Origin: Pseudomonadota bacterium
GTDB lineage: Bacteria > Pseudomonadota > Alphaproteobacteria > Rhizobiales > Xanthobacteraceae
NCBI GenBank assembly: GCA_041694745.1
Contig: JBGFSD010000060.1
Coordinates: 10,812-74,811, forward strand
Length of the DNA stretch: 64,000 nucleotides
Direction of reading: 5' to 3'
Part shown: positions 58,276-64,000 of the stretch, in pieces
Numbering within the stretch: position 1 is the first letter of the stretch
Layout: each line of letters opens with the position of its first letter
Notes under the pieces: model-generated
What the model saw: only the letters and a program-made list of their open reading frames with translations
Told to the model about the DNA's origin: nothing
Databases searched by the model: none
Position numbers and translations under genes: made by a program

Positions 58276-59823
58276 TCACGGGCGCATCGCCGCGGCGCGC
58301 GGGCCGGGCTTTCTGAGTTTCGCGGCAAGATTCGCGAACTCGCACAAGAGCGGCCTGGTCGCGCGCGGATCGATAATTTCTTCCGCCATGAAAGTTTCGG
58401 CGGTACGGAACGGCGATCGGAAGCGGTTGAGCCGCTCTTCAATTTCAGAGAGCAGCTCTTTCGGATCGGAGGATGCTTCAAGTTCGGCGCGATAGGCCGC
58501 CTCGATGCCGCCTTCGATCGGGAGCGAACCCCAGTCTCCCGAGGGCCAGCAGTAGCGGTAATGCAGCCGCGTGTGGTTCATGTGACCCGCGCCGGCAACG
58601 CCAAAACTTTTCCTGACCATGATCGAGCATTGCGGGACCTCGCTCTGGTACATCGCAGCGAGCGCCTTGGCGCCGTGACGGATTGTGCCCGCCTTCTCCG
58701 CTTCCGGTCCGATGATGAAGCCCGGAATATCGACGAAGTTCACGACCGGCAGATGAAAGGTGTTGGCGAGATCGACGAAGCGCTCGGCCTTGCGGGCGGC
58801 ATCCGCGGTCCAGGCGCCGCCATAGAAGAACGGATCGCTCGCCATCACCGCAACCGGCCAGCCGTCGAGACGCGCGAGCGCCGTGATCACCGGCCCGCCG
58901 TACTTGCGGGACATCTCGAAGAGCGAATCCTTGTCCACGACCGCGTTCAGGATCTTGCGCATGTCATAGACCTTGCGGCGGTCGCGCGGCACGGCGGAAA
59001 GCAGCGATTCCTCGCGCCGCTCCGGATCGTCCGATGGCTCGGCCCGCGCCGGCAACTCGTCGACCGACGCGGGAAGAAAGGAGAGGAACTTGCGCGCACG
59101 GGCGAAGGCTTCGTCTTCGCTGGCCACCACATCGTCGACCGCGCCGGCACGCGCGTGAATTTCCGCGCCGCCGAGTTCTTCCTTGGTCATGGTGACGCCG
59201 GTGCGCGCAACCACCGGCGGCCCCGCAATGAACATCTGCGAGATGCCCTGCACCATCACCGAGTAATGGCTCGAGACGAGCCGCGCTGCACCCAGGCCCG
59301 CGACCGATCCAAGGCCCAGCGACACCACCGGCACGGTGCCGAGATTCTTCACGACCCAGTCCCAGCCGGGATTGTGCGCCAAATACGTATAGCCGAGCAC
59401 CTCGATGGTCTTCACCGAACCGCCGCCGCCGGTGCCGTCGATGAGGCGCACGATCGGGAGCCGCAGTTCGTTCGCCATCTGCTCGGCATAGACCTGCTTC
59501 TGCATGATCGCGGCGTCGCCCGCCCCGCCCCGCACCGTGAAGTCGTCGCCGCCGACTACGACCGGCTTCGCATCGATCCTGCCACGGCCGAGCACGAAAT
59601 TCGCCGGCTGGAAATCGATCAGTTCGCCGTTTTCGCCGTATTTGCCCTTGCCCGCGATGGCGCCGACTTCATGAAAACTGTCCTTGTCGAGGAGGCGTCC
59701 GATGCGCTCGCGCACCGTGAGCTTGCCGGCGTCGCGATGGCGCTTCACCTTCTCCGCACCGCCCATCTTCTTCGCGAGTTCTTCGCGGCGGCGAAGCTCT
59801 TCGAGTTCTTTTTCCCAGCTCAT
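58276..59823 (-). CDS. acyl-CoA carboxylase carboxyltransferase (beta) subunit
   Basis: Internal ATG at 59823 (MSWEKELEELRRREELAKKMGG...), 515 aa, with carboxyl-transferase domain duplicates (GGDDFTVRGGAGD, AMYQSEVPQCSIMVRKSFGVAG). Confidence 0.85.
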   Translation of the reverse strand: MSWEKELEELRRREELAKKMGGAEKVKRHRDAGKLTVRERIGRLLDKDSFHEVGAIAGKGKYGENGELIDFQPANFVLGRGRIDAKPVVVGGDDFTVRGGAGDAAIMQKQVYAEQMANELRLPIVRLIDGTGGGGSVKTIEVLGYTYLAHNPGWDWVVKNLGTVPVVSLGLGSVAGLGAARLVSSHYSVMVQGISQMFIAGPPVVARTGVTMTKEELGGAEIHARAGAVDDVVASEDEAFARARKFLSFLPASVDELPARAEPSDDPERREESLLSAVPRDRRKVYDMRKILNAVVDKDSLFEMSRKYGGPVITALARLDGWPVAVMASDPFFYGGAWTADAARKAERFVDLANTFHLPVVNFVDIPGFIIGPEAEKAGTIRHGAKALAAMYQSEVPQCSIMVRKSFGVAGAGHMNHTRLHYRYCWPSGDWGSLPIEGGIEAAYRAELEASSDPKELLSEIEERLNRFRSPFRTAETFMAEEIIDPRATRPLLCEFANLAAKLRKPGPRAAAMRP

Positions 59824-59911
59824 GAATCCTGCCCGTGACGCGGCTTGACAGAAACATTCAGCCGCAAGAATGCTCTGCAAAGCCTACTGCATCCGCTGCG
59901 GGAAATCTAAG

Positions 59912-60133
59912 ATGGCCGAGTTTGAAGTCCGTTCCGAAATCGCCGGGATCGTGCGCAAGATCGAAGTCGCGGCCGGCGGCACGGTCGTGCCAGACGGCGA
60001 GCTGCTTGTTCTCGAATCAATGAAGATGGAAATTCCCGTGCTCGTTCCGCAGGGCGGGAAAGTGAAGACGCTGCTCGTCGAGGAAGGCGCGACGGTTGCG
60101 GAGGGCGAGACGCTCGCGGTGCTGGAGAACTGA
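59912..60133 (+). CDS. stand-alone biotinyl/lipoyl carrier domain protein (73 aa)
   Basis: ATG at 59912. MAEFEVRSEIAGIVRKIEV...LVLESMKMEIPV carries the biotinylation motif (E/A)MKM. Confidence 0.75.
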   Translation: MAEFEVRSEIAGIVRKIEVAAGGTVVPDGELLVLESMKMEIPVLVPQGGKVKTLLVEEGATVAEGETLAVLEN

Positions 60134-60143
60134 GCGGCTGCGC

Positions 60144-60853
60144 TCAGTGCGCAACGCCGAGATAGGCCTGCCGCACGCCGTCGTCGTGCAATAATTTTTC
60201 GCCGGTGCCGGAGAGCACGATGCGGCCGTTCTCGATCACATAGCCGCGGTCGGCGAGCTTGAGCGACATCGCGACATTCTGCTCCACGAGCAGCACCGTC
60301 AGGCCGGTTTCGCGCAGCTTGCGGATGGTCTGAAACAGTTCCTGCACCAGTGCCGGCGCCAGACCGAGCGACGGTTCGTCGAACATGATGAGTTCGGGCT
60401 GCCCCATCAGGCAGCGGCCGATCGCAAGCATCTGCTGCTCGCCGCCGGACATGGTGCCGGCCAGCTGGTCCCTGCGCTCGGCAAGGCGCGGAAACAATGC
60501 GTAGACGCGCTCGATCTCCGCGTTCATTTTCGCACGGGCGCGGGAGAGCAGCGCTCCCATTTCGAGATTTTCCTGCACGGTGAGCGAGGGGAAAATCTGG
60601 CGGCCCTCGGCGACCTGACCGATGCCGAGATTGCAGACGAGGTAGCTCGGCTTGCCGGTGATGTCCTCGCCCTTGAAGCGAATCTTTCCGCCACGCGGGC
60701 GTTCGATGCCGGCAATCGTGCGAATGAGCGACGACTTGCCGGCCCCATTCGCGCCGACGATTGCGACCAGCTCGCCGTTTCCGACTTCCAGCGAGATGCG
60801 ATCGAGCGCCTGGGCGTCGCCGTAGTAAAGGTCGAGATTCTCGATCTGGAGGA

Positions 60854-60857
<4 letters not shown>
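60144..60857 (-). CDS. ABC transporter ATP-binding protein, LivF type
   Basis: Probable GTG start at 60857 (GTGA overlap with the upstream stop). Walker A GANGAGKSS, signature MSGGEQQML and Walker B IMFDEPS are present. Confidence 0.85.
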
Positions 60858-61573
<716 letters not shown>

Positions 61574-61575
61574 TC

Positions 61576-62589
61576 TCAGCTCCCCTTCTTTTCGGTCTCA
61601 CGGTCGAGGCCGAGCTTCTTTTTCATAGGCGGCCACACGCCGTCGGGAAGAAACATCACGACCACAAGCAGGCAAAGACCGTAGAAGACCTGCTTGACGC
61701 CCGGCAGGTCGACGCCGAGACGCAGCATGATCTCGCGCAGGGATTCCGCAAGACCCGTAAGCAGGAATGCGCCGACGATCGGTCCAAATAACGTGCCGAC
61801 TCCGCCGATGATGGGGCCGAGAATGATCTCGATCGAACGCGAGATGTGAAAGACCTGCTCTGGGAAGAGGTTGTTGTAGAAGAAGGCGAAGAACACGCCG
61901 CCGAGCGAGGTGAGCGCCGCCGAAAGCACCACCGCGTACATCTTGTAGCGGAAAATATTGATACCGAGCGCTTCCGCCGCTTCGGGACTTTCGCGGATCG
62001 CAAGCCAGTAATATCCCGCGCGGCTCCTGAGCAACAGATGACAGAGGACGAATACCGCCAGCGTCATGGCGAGCAGGATGTAATAGAACATCCGCTGGCT
62101 GCCCCTCAGATTGAAGAAATCGTTCTGCGTGTAGTTTGCGACCGGAAGAAAGAAGCCGCCGGCACCGCCGACCCAGGTGAAATGATCGAAGCCGATGCGC
62201 GCGAACTCGGCAAACGCGATCGTAAGGATCGCGAAGTAAACGCCGGAGACACCGAAGCGGAACGCAAGGAAGCCGATCACCGCTCCGACCGCGCCTGCAA
62301 TCGCAAGCGCCGGCAGCAGTCCGATCCACGGGCTTATGCCGAACTTCACATAGAGAGCGGCGGTTATGTAGGCGCCAAGGCCGATATAAAGCGAATGTCC
62401 GAGCGATAGCTGGCCCGCGAACCCCATCATGATGTTCCAGCACTGGCCCGCATAGGCAAAATAGAGAATCGTGACGAGCACGACGAGCACATAGTCGTTC
62501 GCGAGGATCGGAGCGAACAACAGCCCCGCGAAGAACAATGCGAGCAGAACAAGCGCGGAGCGCGAAACGCCGTCGAAGAGAAGCTTCAT
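61576..62589 (-). CDS. ABC transporter permease, LivM type
   Basis: 337 aa polytopic protein with GQLSLGHSLYIGLGAY. Confidence 0.85.
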   Translation of the reverse strand: MKLLFDGVSRSALVLLALFFAGLLFAPILANDYVLVVLVTILYFAYAGQCWNIMMGFAGQLSLGHSLYIGLGAYITAALYVKFGISPWIGLLPALAIAGAVGAVIGFLAFRFGVSGVYFAILTIAFAEFARIGFDHFTWVGGAGGFFLPVANYTQNDFFNLRGSQRMFYYILLAMTLAVFVLCHLLLRSRAGYYWLAIRESPEAAEALGINIFRYKMYAVVLSAALTSLGGVFFAFFYNNLFPEQVFHISRSIEIILGPIIGGVGTLFGPIVGAFLLTGLAESLREIMLRLGVDLPGVKQVFYGLCLLVVVMFLPDGVWPPMKKKLGLDRETEKKGS

Positions 62590-63458
62590 GCCGTTCTCTG
62601 CCCCATAATGCCCTGCGGGCGGAACAGAAGAACGAGCACGAGAATCGCGAACGAGAACATGGTTTTCGCCGAAGGCGTGAAGAAGAAGCCGCCGAGCGCC
62701 TCGGTGAGACCGATCAGCACGCCGCCGACAATCGCTCCTGGCATCGAGCCGAGGCCGCCGGTGATCACGATCACGAAGGCGAGAAGCGTGTAAGCCGGGC
62801 CGATTGCAGGTGTCACGTCGGTCACGATCATCAGCATGGTACCGGCAGCACCCACACAGGCCGCGCCGATGCCGAAGGTGAGAGAATAGAGCCGCTTCAC
62901 ATCGAGGCCGACCACGAGCGCGCCGTTATAGTTGTCCGCGCAGGCGCGGATAGCCTTGCCGGTGAGGGTCAGGCGGAAGAATGCGAACAGCGCGACCGCG
63001 ACGATGAGTGCCGCGATCGCCGCATAGACCTTTCCGGCGTCGATGATGATGCCGCCGAGATCGAAGCTGTCGAAGGAGTAAGCGGTGGTGATGCCCTGGG
63101 AATCCGGACCGAAGATCAGTAGCAGGCCGTTCACCATGATGATCGCGATCGCGACCAGCAGCATGAACTGGCTATGCTCGGGACGATTGATGAACGGATT
63201 GATGATCGCTCGCTGCATCAGATAGCCGAGCGCGAACAGCACCGCCGAAATCGGCACCAGCATGATCAGCGGATCCAGTCCGAGTACGGAAAAGAACACG
63301 ATCACGAGATACATCGCGATCGTCATCATCTCGCCGTGAGCGAAGTTGACGACGCGCACGACGCCGAAGATCACCGACAGGCCGAGCGCCATCAGGCCAT
63401 AAACGAGGCCGGTCAGCACGCCGCTGATCGCGATTTTCAGAATGACTTCTGCGGTCAC
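62586..63458 (-). CDS. ABC transporter permease, LivH type
   Basis: 290 aa with NFAHGEMMTI. ATGA-type overlap with the LivM-type gene. Confidence 0.85.
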   Translation of the reverse strand: MTAEVILKIAISGVLTGLVYGLMALGLSVIFGVVRVVNFAHGEMMTIAMYLVIVFFSVLGLDPLIMLVPISAVLFALGYLMQRAIINPFINRPEHSQFMLLVAIAIIMVNGLLLIFGPDSQGITTAYSFDSFDLGGIIIDAGKVYAAIAALIVAVALFAFFRLTLTGKAIRACADNYNGALVVGLDVKRLYSLTFGIGAACVGAAGTMLMIVTDVTPAIGPAYTLLAFVIVITGGLGSMPGAIVGGVLIGLTEALGGFFFTPSAKTMFSFAILVLVLLFRPQGIMGQRTA

Positions 63459-63527
63459 GGATTTGCCCTGTGCAGCAACGCTCCGGCCGCCGTTAAGCGG
63501 CCGGAGCAGACTTGGGACGAGCGCGGG

Positions 63528-64000
63528 TTAGCGCTTGTCGTAAGGCTTCATCGGATGTTCGGGTTTGGCGTTCGAGGCAGATGCCGGCGCGATCGTGACA
63601 AGCTTGCCGCCGCGATTCTGGATCGCCGAGTTCCTGAGCGACGAGTTCTGGCCCTTGGCGTCGAACTGGATGCCCGGACCAGGCGAGACATTGTCCTTGA
63701 TATTGGTCGTGCGGATCGCGTCTGCGAGCGCCTTCGGATCCGTCGACTTGGCACGGTTATAGGCGTCGGCCGCGACCAGGAGCGCTTCGAAGGTGTAAAC
63801 ATGATTCGTATTCATGTTGATGCCCGGATGCGCCTTGGCAAGCGCGGCTTCGAGCGCCTTCGAGAGTTTCTTGTTCGGGTCGTACCACGGCACGAAGCTC
63901 ATCGGACCGTCAGAGAGCTTGCCGAGGGTCTTGAGATACTGGTCTTCGTACCAGCCCGGACCCATCGACAGGATCGCCTTCGGCGACCAGCGCTGCTTGA
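63528..64000 (-). CDS. ABC transporter substrate-binding protein (Liv-type), C-terminal part; gene continues beyond the right edge
   Basis: The reading frame stays open to the window end (...WSPKAILSMGPGWYEDQYLKTLGKLSDGP...KPYDKR). It heads the LivHMGF-type operon. Confidence 0.7.
   Translation of the reverse strand, partial: KQRWSPKAILSMGPGWYEDQYLKTLGKLSDGPMSFVPWYDPNKKLSKALEAALAKAHPGINMNTNHVYTFEALLVAADAYNRAKSTDPKALADAIRTTNIKDNVSPGPGIQFDAKGQNSSLRNSAIQNRGGKLVTIAPASASNAKPEHPMKPYDKR

Overview
This is a GC-rich, GC3-biased chromosomal segment. Gene content and REP-like palindromes suggest a Bradyrhizobiaceae/Nitrobacteraceae-type alphaproteobacterium (inference). I support about 60 protein genes and found no rRNA, tRNA or CRISPR. 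From left to right: (1) an acyl-CoA cluster (thiolase, CoA ligase, crotonase, DUF3237) next to a TctCBA tripartite tricarboxylate transporter. (2) A GntR-oxc-frc oxalate catabolic string, followed by a stand-alone homologue of the 10-formyl-THF dehydrogenase N-terminal domain and by fhs. (3) A membrane protein, an OmpA-like protein, a LysR regulator and two tandem paralogous 122-aa secreted proteins. (4) A partial homoprotocatechuate meta-cleavage cluster (hpaR, FAH-family gene, hpaF, hpaE, hpaD). (5) A Tad/Cpa pilus assembly locus (cpaB, cpaC, lipoprotein, cpaE, cpaF, tadB, tadC, TPR lipoprotein) with no pilin or prepilin peptidase gene in the window. (6) Directly beside it, an RpfF-like DSF synthase convergent with an operon encoding an RpfC-like hybrid kinase and a REC-PAS-GGDEF-EAL protein. 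(7) Two LivFGHM-type ABC importers, an IclR regulator and a beta-oxidation block (FadB-like, CoA ligase, thiolase, three acyl-CoA dehydrogenases). (8) A visibly AT-richer 2.8-kb IS1595-family element with perfect 26-bp inverted repeats and an 8-bp target duplication. It carries two passenger genes, one with a HEPN-like RNxxxH motif, and it sits inside a near-consensus promoter. (9) An SDR, an ion transporter, and an orphan carboxyltransferase with a 73-aa biotin carrier. The two most interesting items are the DSF-type signalling module with a c-di-GMP output next to the Tad locus, and the cargo-carrying IS element. Many long ORFs in the supplied track are opposite-strand or off-frame shadows of real genes, typical of high-GC DNA. 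The track also prints alternative start codons (GTG/TTG) as M. All homology statements rest on my own motif and sequence recognition; no searches were run.
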